Positions 9,591-20,676 of a stretch of DNA of 60,032 nt are shown piece after piece. Origin of the DNA: a virus. Where the stretch lies: the UHGV virus genome UHGV-0168673. One strand, given 5' to 3'. The notes under the pieces are model-generated. The model was not told where the DNA came from. It saw only the letters and a program-made list of their open reading frames with translations, and searched no databases. The translations under genes and the position numbers were made by a program. How positions within the stretch are numbered: position 1 is the stretch's first letter; each line of letters starts with the position of its first letter.

Positions 9591-10508
9591 TCAAAATTCA
9601 TTAATGCTATTAGTTAATTTAGAAAGACCCGCTTTTACAAAATATGAATAAATTTTGCCACGCGGTGGTAATTTATATGAATTATAGTAATTCACAATGT
9701 TTGAAGCAATATTATCAGGAATATAATCAAAATCAATTAGAACTAAATTTTCTTTATAACGATTATATTCAGATTCTGTGAGAAGCACCTTAGCTTGCTC
9801 ACGGTCATTAGCAATAGCTTCAACGATTGAAGTTTTCATTGAAGGGGTTCGTTCACCTTCAACTTTGGTAAACCAAAAGTCAGATCGTACTTTAACTGAA
9901 GCAACGTTATCCTTTTTATCGCCTTTAAGGATTTTAGTCATACAGTCAATTTCAGCAGAACCGCTTTTAATTTTAACCCATTTCTTATGCATCGGTGACC
10001 ATTGCTTAACATTTGGATATTTGTGAAGTTGAGTAAAGTCACCATCCGATGAAATGATTAAAATCTTGTGTCCTTCTAAAGAGAACTTTTTAACAAGAAC
10101 AGCAATGTGGTCATCTGCTTCATACTTATCAATATCCATAACGATGTATGGCATATAAGCTTTCAATTCATCTATAACTTTATGACTGGATTCAAAATAA
10201 CCTTCCCAGTCCCAAGTAGATTCTTCTCGTGCTTTTCCACGGTTTTTCTTATAATAATAAGCAAAATCACGACGCCAGTATCCAGATTTCGCGTTATCAA
10301 TACACAATACAATTTTAGTGTATCCAAGCGTTTTTGCTTTTTTGACATTAAACTTAATTGAGTTCAATATCAAATGACGAACCATTGATAAATTAATTTT
10401 TTCTTTATCTGGGAAGTTTACTAAAGCAGTTGAAAGCGCAATTTGACTAAAGTCAATAAAGCAAATTCCTTCTTTGTAGTCTTCATCCAACATCATTTCT
10501 AAATCCAT
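9591..10508 (-). CDS. rnh: RNase H (5'-3' exonuclease / flap endonuclease)
   Basis: Track ORF 9591..10523; internal ATG gives MDLEMMLDEDYKEGI.. (305 aa) as in T4 RNase H. Confidence 0.9.
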   Translation of the reverse strand: MDLEMMLDEDYKEGICFIDFSQIALSTALVNFPDKEKINLSMVRHLILNSIKFNVKKAKTLGYTKIVLCIDNAKSGYWRRDFAYYYKKNRGKAREESTWDWEGYFESSHKVIDELKAYMPYIVMDIDKYEADDHIAVLVKKFSLEGHKILIISSDGDFTQLHKYPNVKQWSPMHKKWVKIKSGSAEIDCMTKILKGDKKDNVASVKVRSDFWFTKVEGERTPSMKTSIVEAIANDREQAKVLLTESEYNRYKENLVLIDFDYIPDNIASNIVNYYNSYKLPPRGKIYSYFVKAGLSKLTNSINEF

Positions 10509-10570
10509 ATGAACCTCGTTCAATTAGTGAGATTTCTATTATATACCATCCGAATCTTAAAGTAAACAAG

Positions 10571-10578
10571 TATAAATA
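10571..10578 (+). promoter_or_regulatory. Late promoter TATAAATA for gene 34
   Basis: Exact TATAAATA 35 nt upstream of the gene 34 ATG. Confidence 0.75.
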
Positions 10579-10612
10579 CTTATTATTGAAAACACAATAG
10601 GAGCCCGGGAGA

Positions 10613-13600
10613 ATGGCCGAGATTAAAAGAAAGTTCAGAGCAGAAGATGGTCTGGACGCAGGTGGTGATAAAATAATCAACGTAGCTTTAGCTGATCGTA
10701 CCGTAGGAACTGACGGTGTTAACGTTGATTACTTAATTCAAGAAAACACAGTTCAACAATATGATCCAACTCGTGGATATTTAAAAGATTTTGTAATCAT
10801 TTATGATAACCGCTTTTGGGCTGCTATAAATGATATTCCAAAACCGGCAGGAGCTTTTAATAGCGGACGCTGGAGAGCATTACGTACAGACGCAAACTGG
10901 ATTACAGTCTCATCTGGTTCATATCAATTAAAATCTGGTGAAGCTATTTCGGTTAACACTGCGGCTGGTAATGATATTACATTTACTTTACCATCTACTC
11001 CAATTGATGGTGATACTATCATTCTCCAAGATATTGGAGGAAAACCTGGAGTTAACCAAGTTTTAATTGTAGCTCCAGTGCAAAGTATTGTAAACTTCAG
11101 AGGCGAGCAAGTACGCTCAGTACTAATGACTCATCCAAAGTCACAGCTAGTTTTAATTTTTAGTAATCGTCTGTGGCAAATGTATGTTGCTGATTATAGT
11201 AGAGAAGCTGTAATTGTAACACCAGCGAATACTTATCAAGCGCAATCAAATGATTTTATCGTACGTAGATTTACTTCTGCTGCACCAATTAATGTCAAAC
11301 TTCCAAGATTTGCTAATCATGGCGATATTATTAATTTCGTCGATTTAGATAAACTAAATCCGCTTTATCATACAATTGTTACTACATACGATGAAACGAC
11401 TTCAGTACAAGAAGTTGGAACTCATTCCATTGAAGGCCGTACATCGATTGACGGTTTCTTGATGTTTGATGATAATGAGAAATTGTGGAGATTGTTTGAC
11501 GGGGATAGTAAAGCGCGTTTACGCATTATAACGACTAATTCTAATATTCGTCCAAACGAAGAAGTTATGGTATTTGGTGCGAATAACGGAACAACCCAAA
11601 CAATTGAGCTTCAGCTTCCAACTAATATTTCTGTTGGTGATACTGTTAAAATTTCCATGAATTACATGAGAAAAGGACAAACAGTTAAAATCAAAGCTGC
11701 CGGTGAAGATAAAATTGCTTCTTCAGTTCAATTACTGCAATTCCCAAAACGCTCAGAATATCCGCCTGAAGCTGAATGGGTTACAGTCCAAGAATTAGTT
11801 TTTAACGGTGAAACTAATTATGTTCCAGTTTTGCAACTTGCTTACATAGAAGATTCTGATGGAAAATATTGGGTTGTACAGCAAAACGTTCCAACCGTAG
11901 AAAGAGTAGACTCTTTAAATGATTCTACTAGAGCAAGATTAGGCGTAATTGCTTTAGCTACACAAGCTCAAGCTAATGTCGATTTAGAAAATTCTCCACA
12001 AAAAGAATTAGCAATTACTCCAGAAACATTAGCTAACCGTACTGCTACAGAAACTCGTAGAGGTATCGCAAGAATAGCAACTACTGCTCAGGTGAATCAG
12101 AACACCACATTCTCTTTTGCTGATGATATTATCATCACTCCTAAAAAGCTGAATGAAAGAACTGCTACAGAAACTCGCAGAGGTGTCGCAGAAATTGCTA
12201 CGCAGCAAGAAACTAATACAGGTACTGATGATACTACAATCATTACTCCTAAAAAGCTTCAAGCTCGTCAAGGTTCTGAATCATTATCTGGTATTGTAAC
12301 TTTTGTATCTACTGCAGGAGCTACTCCAGCTTCTAGTCGTGAATTAAATGGTACAAATGTTTATAATAAAAACACTAATAACTTAGTTGTTTCACCTAAA
12401 GCCTTGGATCAGTATAAAGCTACGCCTACTCAACAGGGTGCAGTAATTTTAGCAGTTGAAAGTGAAGTAATTGCTGGACAAAGCCAAGAAGGATGGGCAA
12501 ATGCGGTTGTAACGCCAGAAACGTTACATAAAAAGACATCAACTGATGCAAGAATTGGTTTAATTGAAATTGCTACGCAAAGTGAAGTTAATACAGGAAC
12601 TGATTATACTCGTGCAGTCACTCCTAAAACTTTAAATGATCGTAGAGCAACTGAAAGTTTAAGTGGTATAGCTGAAATTGCTACACAAGTTGAATTCGAC
12701 GCAGGCGTCGACGATACTCGTATCTCTACACCATTAAAAATTAAAACCAGATTTAATAGTACTGATCGTACTTCTGTTGTTGCTCTATCTGGATTAGTTG
12801 AATCAGGAACTCTCTGGGACCATTATACCCTTAATATTCTTGAAGCAAATGAGACGCAACGTGGTACACTTCGTGTAGCTACACAAGTTGAAGCTGCTGC
12901 AGGAACATTAGATAATGTTTTAATAACTCCTAAAAAGCTTTTAGGTACTAAATCTACCGAATCGCAAGAAGGTGTTATTAAAGTTGCAACTCAGTCTGAA
13001 ACTGTGACTGGAGCATCAGCAAATACTGCTGTATCTCCAAAAAATTTAAAATGGATTGTGCAGAGTGAACCTACCTGGGCAGCTACTACTGCGGTAAGAG
13101 GTTTTGTTAAAACTTCATCTGGTTCAATTACGTTCGTTGGTAATGATACAGTTGGTTCAACACAACCTTTAGAATCGTATGAAAAAAATAGCTATGCTAT
13201 ATCTCCATATGAATTAAACCGTGTATTAGCAAATTATTTACCGTTAAAAGCAAAAGCTGCAGATAGTAATTTATTGGATGGTCTAGATTCATCTCAGTTC
13301 ATTCGTAGGGACATTGCGCAGACAGTTAATGGTTCACTAACCTTAACCCAACAAACGAATCTGAGTGCCCCTCTTGTATCATCTAGTACTGCTGCGTTTG
13401 GTGGTTCAGTTTCGGCAAATAGTACATTAACTATTTCTAATACTGGAACGGCAACTCGTCTGATTTTTGAGAAAGGACCTCAAACTGGAACTAACCCAGC
13501 ACAGACGATGACTATCAGAGTTTGGGGAAATCAGTTTAGTGGCGGATCAGATACAACGCGTTCTACTGTATTTGAAGTTGGTGATGAAACGTCTAATCAC

Positions 13601-14482
13601 TTTTATTCTCAACGCAATAAAGCTGGGAATATAACGTTTAGTATCAATGGTACTGTAATGCCAATAAATGTTAATGCTTCGGGTTCTTTGAATGCGAACG
13701 GCGTAGCAACATTTGGTAGTTCAGTTACAGCCAATGGTGAATTCATTAGCAAGTCTGCAAATGCTTTCAGAGCAATAAACGGTGATTATGGATTCTTTAT
13801 CAGGAATGATGGCGGCAGCACATATTTTATGCTTACTGCATCTGGTGATCAGACCGGTGGATTTAATGGATTACGTCCATTATCAATTAATAATCAATCC
13901 GGTCAAGTCACAATTGGTGAAAGCTTAATCATTGCCAAAGGTGCTACTATAAATTCAGGCGGTTTAACTGTTAACTCGAGAATTCGTTCTCAGGGTACTA
14001 AAACCGCTGATTTATACACCCGTGCACCGACATCTGATACTGTAGGATTCTGGTCAATTGACATTAATGATTCAGCCACTTATAACCAGTTCCCAGGTTA
14101 TTTTAAAATGGTTGAAAAAACTAACGAAGTGACTGGACTTCCGTACTTAGAACGTGGCGAAGAAGTTAAATCTCCTGGTACACTGACACAGTTTGGTAAC
14201 ACACTTGATTCGCTTTACCAAGATTGGATTACTTATCCAACGACACCAGAAGCGCGTACCACTCGCTGGACACGTACATGGCAGAAAACCAAAAACTCTT
14301 GGTCAAGTTTTGTTCAGGTATTTGACGGAGGTAACCCTCCTCAGCCGTCTGATATCGGTGCTTTACCATCTGATAATGCTACAATGGGGAATCTTACTAT
14401 TCGTGATTTCTTACGAATTGGTAATGTTCGCATTATTCCTGACCCAGTGAATAAAACTGTTAAATTTGAATGGGTTGAATAA
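10613..14482 (+). CDS. 34: Long tail fibre proximal subunit gp34
   Basis: 1289-aa ORF, same length as T4 gp34; MAEIKRKFRAEDGLDAGGDKIINVALADR.. Confidence 0.97.
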   Translation: MAEIKRKFRAEDGLDAGGDKIINVALADRTVGTDGVNVDYLIQENTVQQYDPTRGYLKDFVIIYDNRFWAAINDIPKPAGAFNSGRWRALRTDANWITVSSGSYQLKSGEAISVNTAAGNDITFTLPSTPIDGDTIILQDIGGKPGVNQVLIVAPVQSIVNFRGEQVRSVLMTHPKSQLVLIFSNRLWQMYVADYSREAVIVTPANTYQAQSNDFIVRRFTSAAPINVKLPRFANHGDIINFVDLDKLNPLYHTIVTTYDETTSVQEVGTHSIEGRTSIDGFLMFDDNEKLWRLFDGDSKARLRIITTNSNIRPNEEVMVFGANNGTTQTIELQLPTNISVGDTVKISMNYMRKGQTVKIKAAGEDKIASSVQLLQFPKRSEYPPEAEWVTVQELVFNGETNYVPVLQLAYIEDSDGKYWVVQQNVPTVERVDSLNDSTRARLGVIALATQAQANVDLENSPQKELAITPETLANRTATETRRGIARIATTAQVNQNTTFSFADDIIITPKKLNERTATETRRGVAEIATQQETNTGTDDTTIITPKKLQARQGSESLSGIVTFVSTAGATPASSRELNGTNVYNKNTNNLVVSPKALDQYKATPTQQGAVILAVESEVIAGQSQEGWANAVVTPETLHKKTSTDARIGLIEIATQSEVNTGTDYTRAVTPKTLNDRRATESLSGIAEIATQVEFDAGVDDTRISTPLKIKTRFNSTDRTSVVALSGLVESGTLWDHYTLNILEANETQRGTLRVATQVEAAAGTLDNVLITPKKLLGTKSTESQEGVIKVATQSETVTGASANTAVSPKNLKWIVQSEPTWAATTAVRGFVKTSSGSITFVGNDTVGSTQPLESYEKNSYAISPYELNRVLANYLPLKAKAADSNLLDGLDSSQFIRRDIAQTVNGSLTLTQQTNLSAPLVSSSTAAFGGSVSANSTLTISNTGTATRLIFEKGPQTGTNPAQTMTIRVWGNQFSGGSDTTRSTVFEVGDETSNHFYSQRNKAGNITFSINGTVMPINVNASGSLNANGVATFGSSVTANGEFISKSANAFRAINGDYGFFIRNDGGSTYFMLTASGDQTGGFNGLRPLSINNQSGQVTIGESLIIAKGATINSGGLTVNSRIRSQGTKTADLYTRAPTSDTVGFWSIDINDSATYNQFPGYFKMVEKTNEVTGLPYLERGEEVKSPGTLTQFGNTLDSLYQDWITYPTTPEARTTRWTRTWQKTKNSWSSFVQVFDGGNPPQPSDIGALPSDNATMGNLTIRDFLRIGNVRIIPDPVNKTVKFEWVE

Positions 14483-14490
14483 GAGGTATT

Positions 14491-15606
14491 ATGGAAAAAT
14501 TTATGGCAGAGTTTGGACAAGGATATGTCCAAACGCCATTTTTATCGGAAAGCAATTCAGTAAGATATAAAATAAGTATAGCGGGTTCTTGCCCGCTTTC
14601 TACAGCAGGACCATACGTTAAATTTCAGGATAATCCTGTCGGAAGTCAAACATTTAGCGCAGGCCTTCATTTAAGAGTTTTTGACCCTTCTACAGGAGCA
14701 TTAGTTGATAGTAAGTCATATGCTTTTTCGACTTCAAATGATACTACATCAGCTGCTTTTGTTAGCTTCATGAATTCTTTGACAAATAACAGAATTGTTG
14801 CTATATTAACTAACGGAAAGGTTAATTTTCCTCCTGAAGTAGTATCTTGGTTAAGAACCGCCGGAACGTCTGCTTTTCCATCTGACTCTATATTGTCGAG
14901 ATTTGATGTATCATATGCTGCCTTTTATACTTCTTCTAAAAGAGCTATCGCATTAGAGCATGTTAAATTAAGTAATAGAAAAAGCACAGATGATTATCAA
15001 ACTATTTTAGATGTTGTATTTGACAGTTTAGAAGACGTTGGAGCTACAGGGTTTCCAAGAAGAACGTATGAAAGCGTTGAGCAATTCATGTCAGCCGTTG
15101 GTGGAACTAATAACGAAATTGTGCGTCTACCAACTTCAGCTACTATAAGTAAATTATCTGATTATAATTTAGTTCCTGGCGATGTTCTTTATCTTAAAGC
15201 CCAGTTATATGCTGATGCCGATTTACTTGCTCTTGGAACTACAAATATATCCATTCGTTTTTATAATTCATCAAACGGATATATTTCTTCAACACAGGCT
15301 GAGTTTACTGGACAGGCTGGGTCTTGGGAATTAAAGGAAGATTATGTAGTTGTTCCAGAAAACGCTGTAGGATTTACGATATATGCGCAGAGAACTGCTC
15401 AAGCGGGACAAGGCGGTATGCGAAATTTAAGCTTTTCTGAAGTATCAAGAAATGGCGGAATTTCAAAACCAGCTGAATTTGGCATCAATGGTATTCGTGT
15501 TAATTATATCTGTGAATCTGCTTCACCTCCGGATATAATGGTACTTCCTACACAAGCATCGTCTAAAACTGGTAAAGTGTTTGGGCAAGAATTTAGAGAA
15601 GTTTAA
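14491..15606 (+). CDS. 35: Long tail fibre hinge connector gp35
   Basis: 371-aa ORF; body matches T4 gp35 (..SESNSVRYKISIAGSCPLSTAG..); N-terminal ~20 residues differ. Confidence 0.95.
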   Translation: MEKFMAEFGQGYVQTPFLSESNSVRYKISIAGSCPLSTAGPYVKFQDNPVGSQTFSAGLHLRVFDPSTGALVDSKSYAFSTSNDTTSAAFVSFMNSLTNNRIVAILTNGKVNFPPEVVSWLRTAGTSAFPSDSILSRFDVSYAAFYTSSKRAIALEHVKLSNRKSTDDYQTILDVVFDSLEDVGATGFPRRTYESVEQFMSAVGGTNNEIVRLPTSATISKLSDYNLVPGDVLYLKAQLYADADLLALGTTNISIRFYNSSNGYISSTQAEFTGQAGSWELKEDYVVVPENAVGFTIYAQRTAQAGQGGMRNLSFSEVSRNGGISKPAEFGINGIRVNYICESASPPDIMVLPTQASSKTGKVFGQEFREV

Positions 15607-15611
15607 ACTGA

Positions 15612-15637
15612 GGGAGCCTTCGGGTTCCCTTTTTCTT
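15612..15637 (+). terminator. Rho-independent terminator / UUCG hairpin after gene 35
   Basis: GGGAGCC-UUCG-GGUUCCC followed by UUUUUCUUU. Confidence 0.6.
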
Positions 15638-15645
15638 TATAAATA
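15638..15645 (+). promoter_or_regulatory. Late promoter TATAAATA for gene 36
   Basis: Exact TATAAATA 24 nt upstream of the gene 36 ATG. Confidence 0.75.
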
Positions 15646-15668
15646 CTATTAAAATAAAGGGGCATACA

Positions 15669-16334
15669 ATGGCTGATTTAAAAGTAGGTTCAACAACTGG
15701 AGGCTCTGTCATTTGGCATCAAGGAAATTTTCCATTGAATCCAGCCGGTGACGATGTACTCTATAAATCATTTAAAATATATTCAGAATATAATAAACCG
15801 CAAGCTGCTGATAACGATTTCGTTTCTAAAGCTAATGGTGGTACTTATGCATCAAAGGTAACATTTAACGGCGGTGTTCAAGTTCCGTATGCTGTAAACA
15901 ATACAAATCAATCTGGTATTTATCCTGGTAATGGAGATGCAGCTACTTTTGCTACAGCAAATATTGATATTGTTTCATGGTATGGCGTAGGATTTAAATC
16001 ATCACAAGGATCTGCCGGTAGAACTGTAGTAATTAATACACGCAATGGTGATATTAGCACAAAAGGTGTTGTGTCGGCAGCTGGTCAAGTAAGAAGTGAT
16101 GCGGCTGCTCCTATAGCAGCGAATGACCTTACTAGAAAGGACTATGTTGATGGAGCAATAAATACTGTTACAGCAAATGCAAACTCTAGAGTGTTGCGTT
16201 CTGGTGACACTATGACGGGAAACTTAACCGCACCAAACTTTTTCTCACAGAATCCTGCGTCTCAACCTTCTCACGTTCCGCGATTTGATCAAATCGTAAT
16301 TAAGGATTCTGTTCAAGATTTCGGCTATTATTAA
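15669..16334 (+). CDS. 36: Long tail fibre distal connector gp36
   Basis: 221-aa [32 protein letters not shown]..; T4 gp36 size. Confidence 0.95.
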   Translation: MADLKVGSTTGGSVIWHQGNFPLNPAGDDVLYKSFKIYSEYNKPQAADNDFVSKANGGTYASKVTFNGGVQVPYAVNNTNQSGIYPGNGDAATFATANIDIVSWYGVGFKSSQGSAGRTVVINTRNGDISTKGVVSAAGQVRSDAAAPIAANDLTRKDYVDGAINTVTANANSRVLRSGDTMTGNLTAPNFFSQNPASQPSHVPRFDQIVIKDSVQDFGYY

Positions 16335-16342
16335 GAGGACTT

Positions 16343-19300
16343 ATGGCTACTTTAAAACAAATACAATTTAAAAGAAGCAAAACTGCAGGTCAACGTCCTG
16401 CTGCTTCAGTATTAGCCGAAGGTGAATTGGCTATAAACTTAAAAGACCGTACTCTTTTTACTAAAGATGACTCGGGAAATATTATTGATTTAAGCATTAC
16501 CGCTGGCGGTAATATTAGTGGAAATATCACTCAAACTGGCGATTATACACAGACTGGAAAATTTAATTTAATTGGTCCGCAAATTGTAGCAAGCGGTGGA
16601 TATATTGAGTTTAATTATCGTACTACTGGAAGTGGGGCTTGGTCTGGTCAACACACTGCAAAAGCTCCAATTTTTGTAGATTTAAGCTCAGCTACTTCCA
16701 CATCTGAATATAATCCTATAATTAAACAGCGCTTTAAAGATGGAACTTTTTCATTAGGTACTTTAGTTTCTGAAGGTTCGTTGAAGATTCATTATATCAA
16801 TGAATCTGGCGATTCGAAATATTGGACGTTTCGACGTGACGGCGGATTTGTTGTTGACGGTGGAGGTTTAGCAGTATCAGGAGGTAGTATAACTACATCT
16901 GGAAATATTGCAGCTCTCGGAAATATTACTTCGCCTCAGATTAATACTAAAAATATTATTTTAGATACAAAAGCATTTGGACAATACGATTCGCAATCAT
17001 TAGTTCAATATGTTTATCCTGGAACAGGTGAAGAAAATGGTATAAACTATCTTCGTAAAGTTCGAGCTAAATCAGGCGGAACCATTTACCATGAAATCGC
17101 TTCAGCTCAAACCGGTAAAAATGATGAAATTTCTTGGTGGACCGGAAATACACTTACTACTAAATTAATGGGTCTTCGTAATGATGGCGCAATGGTATTA
17201 CGTCGTTCACTTGCTATTGGCACAATTACCACTGACGAAAATACTAACAACTATGGTTCTCCTACTCCAATGGGAGAAAGATATATTGCTTTGGGCGATG
17301 CTGCCACTGGTTTAAAATACATTAAGCAGGGTGTTTATGATTTAGTAGGTAATTGGAATTCTGTTGCTTCTATTACTCCTGATAGTTTCCGTAGTACTCG
17401 TAAAGCGTTATTTGGACGTTCAGAAGACCAAGGCGGAACCTGGACAATGCCTGGAACGAACGCTGCCTTTTTATCAGTTCAAACACAGGCTGATGAAAAC
17501 ACTGCTGGAGACGGCCAGACGCATATTGGCTATAACTCAGGCGGAAAAATGAACCACTATTTCCGTGGTAAAGGCAAAACTAATATTAATACTCAGGAAG
17601 GTATGGAAGTTAATCCGGGTATTTTGAAATTGGTAACTGGCTCTAATAATGTAATGTTTTATGCTGATGGCGGTATTACATCTGTTAAGCAGCTTTCAAT
17701 ATATAATGGCATATATTTAGCAGCTAATAATTCTACTGCTGGGCTAACATTCGCTCCAACTACTACAATTGATGGCACTAAGCAAATTTTGTGGGAAGGC
17801 GGTACTCGTGCTGGTCAGAATAAAAGCTATGTAACTGTTAAAGCATGGGGTAATTCATTTAATGCATCTGGCGATCGTGCTCGTGAAACAGTTTTTGAAG
17901 TATCAGATGGACAAGGATATTATTTTTATTCACAGCGTGTGGCTCCAAGTGGCTCTGAAACTACTGGGCCTGTTGTAACCCAGTTCAATGGACAAGTTAA
18001 TGCTAGAGGAAGTATTATTACTGACGGAAGTTTTAAAGTTAATGGATTAAGCACTTTAGTCGGTAATGTTACCATGTCTAATGGTTTGTTTGTCCAAGGT
18101 GGTTCTTCTATTACTGGACAAGTTAAAATTGGCGGAACAGCTGATGCATTAAGAATTTGGAATGCTGAATACGGGGCTATTTTCCGTCGTTCTGAAGATA
18201 AGCTTTATATTATTCCAACTCCACAGAATGCTGGTGAATCAGGTGGTATTTCTAATTTACGTCCGTTCTATATTACATTAAGTAATGGTAAAGTTTCCAT
18301 GGATCATGATGTAGATATCGGTGGAGGTAGATTTAAAGTAGAAGTGGCTGGAACTACTGCTAATCAACGCATAACAGTAAATATGGCATCAGATGCTATT
18401 AGAATAAATGCTCCAACACAAGAGTCTTCTAACTTCATTCAAGGACGTAAAGCAGATGTTCCGAAATGGTATTTAGGTATTGGCGATGGCGGAAACGTCG
18501 TTCGTATGCATAGTTACACCCATTCACATGGTATTGCATTAAACTCTGATACTGTCGATATTACTAAGCCTCTTAAAGTCGGAAATGCCCAACTAGGAAC
18601 TGACGGTAATATTACCGGTGGTTCAGGAAACTTTGCTAATTTAAACAGTACAATTGAATCATTAAAAACCGATATTGTTTCAAGTTATCCTATTGGAGCT
18701 CCTATTCCATGGCCAACGGATACTCCTCCTGACGGTTACGCTATTATGGAAGGCCAGACTTTTGATAAGTCTGCATACCCAAAATTGGCTATGGCTTACC
18801 CATCTGGCGTAATTCCAGATATGCGCGGGCAAACTATTAAAGGTAAACCAAGTGGTCGAGCTGTATTAAGCGCAGAAGCCGATGGTGTTAAGGCTCATAG
18901 CCATAGTGCATCGGCTTCAAGTACTGACTTGGGTACTAAAACTACATCAAGCTTTGATTATGGTACTAAAACATCTTCAAGCTTTGATTATGGTACTAAG
19001 ACTAGTAACACCACAGGAAACCATAATCATACAGTGAGTGGTAATACTAGTTCCGCCGGTGCGCACCAACACAACGAAGGGACGTATTTTTCATCGTACG
19101 GATACTTTATGAACGGATACAATATTCGCCAGTCATCGGGAGCTGCCATCGAAACATCCAATAGACAAGGCATAGCGTTTTATGGTAAAACCTCTAGTGC
19201 TGATGCCCACACTCATAGTTGGTCAGGAACCACGAGTACTACAGGTAACCATGCTCATACTGTAGGTATAGGTGCTCATACCCATACTGTAGGTATCGGT

Positions 19301-19420
19301 GCTCATACCCACACGGTAGCAATTGGCTCGCATGGTCATACTATCACTGTAAATAGTACAGGTAATACAGAAAACACGGTTAAAAACATTGCTTTTAACT
19401 ATATCGTTCGTTTAGCATAA
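16343..19420 (+). CDS. 37: Long tail fibre distal subunit gp37 (receptor-binding), T4-type with HxH iron-binding repeats
   Basis: 1025-aa [31 protein letters not shown]..; C-terminus ..[42 protein letters not shown] as in T4. Confidence 0.95.
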   Translation: MATLKQIQFKRSKTAGQRPAASVLAEGELAINLKDRTLFTKDDSGNIIDLSITAGGNISGNITQTGDYTQTGKFNLIGPQIVASGGYIEFNYRTTGSGAWSGQHTAKAPIFVDLSSATSTSEYNPIIKQRFKDGTFSLGTLVSEGSLKIHYINESGDSKYWTFRRDGGFVVDGGGLAVSGGSITTSGNIAALGNITSPQINTKNIILDTKAFGQYDSQSLVQYVYPGTGEENGINYLRKVRAKSGGTIYHEIASAQTGKNDEISWWTGNTLTTKLMGLRNDGAMVLRRSLAIGTITTDENTNNYGSPTPMGERYIALGDAATGLKYIKQGVYDLVGNWNSVASITPDSFRSTRKALFGRSEDQGGTWTMPGTNAAFLSVQTQADENTAGDGQTHIGYNSGGKMNHYFRGKGKTNINTQEGMEVNPGILKLVTGSNNVMFYADGGITSVKQLSIYNGIYLAANNSTAGLTFAPTTTIDGTKQILWEGGTRAGQNKSYVTVKAWGNSFNASGDRARETVFEVSDGQGYYFYSQRVAPSGSETTGPVVTQFNGQVNARGSIITDGSFKVNGLSTLVGNVTMSNGLFVQGGSSITGQVKIGGTADALRIWNAEYGAIFRRSEDKLYIIPTPQNAGESGGISNLRPFYITLSNGKVSMDHDVDIGGGRFKVEVAGTTANQRITVNMASDAIRINAPTQESSNFIQGRKADVPKWYLGIGDGGNVVRMHSYTHSHGIALNSDTVDITKPLKVGNAQLGTDGNITGGSGNFANLNSTIESLKTDIVSSYPIGAPIPWPTDTPPDGYAIMEGQTFDKSAYPKLAMAYPSGVIPDMRGQTIKGKPSGRAVLSAEADGVKAHSHSASASSTDLGTKTTSSFDYGTKTSSSFDYGTKTSNTTGNHNHTVSGNTSSAGAHQHNEGTYFSSYGYFMNGYNIRQSSGAAIETSNRQGIAFYGKTSSADAHTHSWSGTTSTTGNHAHTVGIGAHTHTVGIGAHTHTVAIGSHGHTITVNSTGNTENTVKNIAFNYIVRLA
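18932..19009 (+). repeat. Tandem 30-bp repeat (2.6 copies) inside the gp37 tip, encoding GTKT(T/S)SSFDY
   Basis: ggtactaaaactacatcaagctttgattat / ggtactaaaacatcttcaagctttgattat / ggtactaagactagtaac. Confidence 0.85.
19259..19339 (+). repeat. Three tandem 27-bp units in gp37 encoding the His-box nonapeptides TVGIGAHTH / TVGIGAHTH / TVAIGSHGH
   Basis: actgtaggtataggtgctcatacccat / actgtaggtatcggtgctcatacccac / acggtagcaattggctcgcatggtcat. Confidence 0.85.
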
Positions 19421-19450
19421 GGAGAGGGGCTTCGGCCCCTTCTAAATATG
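19421..19450 (+). promoter_or_regulatory. Gene 38 split ribosome-binding site: SD GGAG, then C(UUCG)G hairpin, then AUG
   Basis: GGAG-AGGGGC-UUCG-GCCCCU-ucuaaau-AUG; linear SD-to-AUG distance ~23 nt, shortened by the hairpin. Confidence 0.65.
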
Positions 19451-19999
19451 AAAATATATCATTATTATTTTGACACTAAAGAATTTTACAAAGAAGAAAA
19501 TTACAAACCGGTTAAAGGCCTCGGTCTTCCTGCTCATTCAACAATTAAAAAACCTTTAGAACCTAAAGAAGGATATGCAGTTGTATTTGATGAACGTACT
19601 CAGGATTGGATTTATGAAGAAGACCATCGCGGAAAACGAGCATGGACTTTTAATAAAGAAGAAATTTTTATAAGTGAAATTGGAAGCCCGGTTGGTATAA
19701 CTTTTGATGAGCCTGGCGAATTTGATATATGGACTGATGACGGTTGGAAAGAAGACGAAACATATAAGCAAGTTTTAATTCGTAATAGAAAAATTGAAGA
19801 ATTATATAAAGAGTTCCAAGTTTTAAATAATATGATTGAAGCTTCTGTCGCAAATAAAAAGGAAAAATTTTATTATAAAAACCTTAAGCGGTTCTTTGCT
19901 CTTTTAGAAAAGCATGAGCATTTAGGTGGTGAATTCCCTTCATGGCCTGAAAAAGAACGGAAACCTTGGTATAAGCGTTTATTCAAGCATTACGTATAA
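19448..19999 (+). CDS. 38: gp38, long tail fibre assembly chaperone (T4-type, not the T2-type adhesin)
   Basis: 183-aa ORF, same length as T4 gp38; MKIYHYYFDTKEFYKEENYKPVKGLGLPA.. Confidence 0.9.
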   Translation: MKIYHYYFDTKEFYKEENYKPVKGLGLPAHSTIKKPLEPKEGYAVVFDERTQDWIYEEDHRGKRAWTFNKEEIFISEIGSPVGITFDEPGEFDIWTDDGWKEDETYKQVLIRNRKIEELYKEFQVLNNMIEASVANKKEKFYYKNLKRFFALLEKHEHLGGEFPSWPEKERKPWYKRLFKHYV

Positions 20000-20002
20000 A
20001 TA
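19995..20002 (+). promoter_or_regulatory. Late promoter TATAAATA for the holin gene t, overlapping the gene 38 stop codon
   Basis: cgTATAAATAtc; the TAA of gene 38 lies inside the motif; 18 nt before the t ATG. Confidence 0.7.
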
Positions 20003-20019
20003 TCTTAAAAGGAGGGTCT

Positions 20020-20676
20020 ATGGCAGCACCTAGAATATCATTTTCGCCCTCTGATATTCTATTTGGTGTTCTAGATCGCTTGTTCAAAGATAACGCTACC
20101 GGGAAAGTTCTTGCTTCCCGGGTAGCTGTCGTAATTCTTTTATTTATGATGGCGATTGTTTGGTATAGGGGAGATAGTTTCTTTGAGTACTATAAGCAAT
20201 CAAAGTATGAAACATACAGTGAAATTATTGAAAAGGAAAGAAATGCACGCTTTGAATCTGTCGCCCTGGAACAACTCCAGATAGTTCATATATCATCTGA
20301 GGCAGACTTTAGCGCGGTGTATTCTTTCCGCCCTAAAAACTTAAACTATTTTGTTGATATTATAGCATACGAAGGAAGATTACCTTCAACAATAACTGAA
20401 AAATCACTTGGAGGATATCCTGTTGATAAAACTATGGATGAATATACAGTTCATTTAAATGGACGTCATTATTATTCTGACTCAAAATTTGCTTTTTTAC
20501 CAACTAAAAAGCCTACTCCCGAAATAAACTACATGTACAGTTGTCCATATTTTAATTTGGATAATATCTATGCTGGAACGATAACCATGTACTGGTATAG
20601 AAATGATCATATAAGTAATGACCGCCTTGAATCAATATGTGCTCAGGCGGCCAGAATATTAGGAAGGGCTAAATAA
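20020..20676 (+). CDS. t: Holin T
   Basis: 218-aa ORF MAAPRISFSPSDILFGVLDRLFKDNATGKVL..; one TM segment; matches T4 T. Confidence 0.95.
   Translation: MAAPRISFSPSDILFGVLDRLFKDNATGKVLASRVAVVILLFMMAIVWYRGDSFFEYYKQSKYETYSEIIEKERNARFESVALEQLQIVHISSEADFSAVYSFRPKNLNYFVDIIAYEGRLPSTITEKSLGGYPVDKTMDEYTVHLNGRHYYSDSKFAFLPTKKPTPEINYMYSCPYFNLDNIYAGTITMYWYRNDHISNDRLESICAQAARILGRAK

Noticed and set aside
12029-12271. Minus-strand 80-aa ORF inside gene 34; also plus-frame ORFs 14193..14450 and 17364..17552 and minus ORF 14341..14532
   Set aside because: Embedded in or antisense to the long tail-fibre genes, which are recognised over their full length; no independent start signals.
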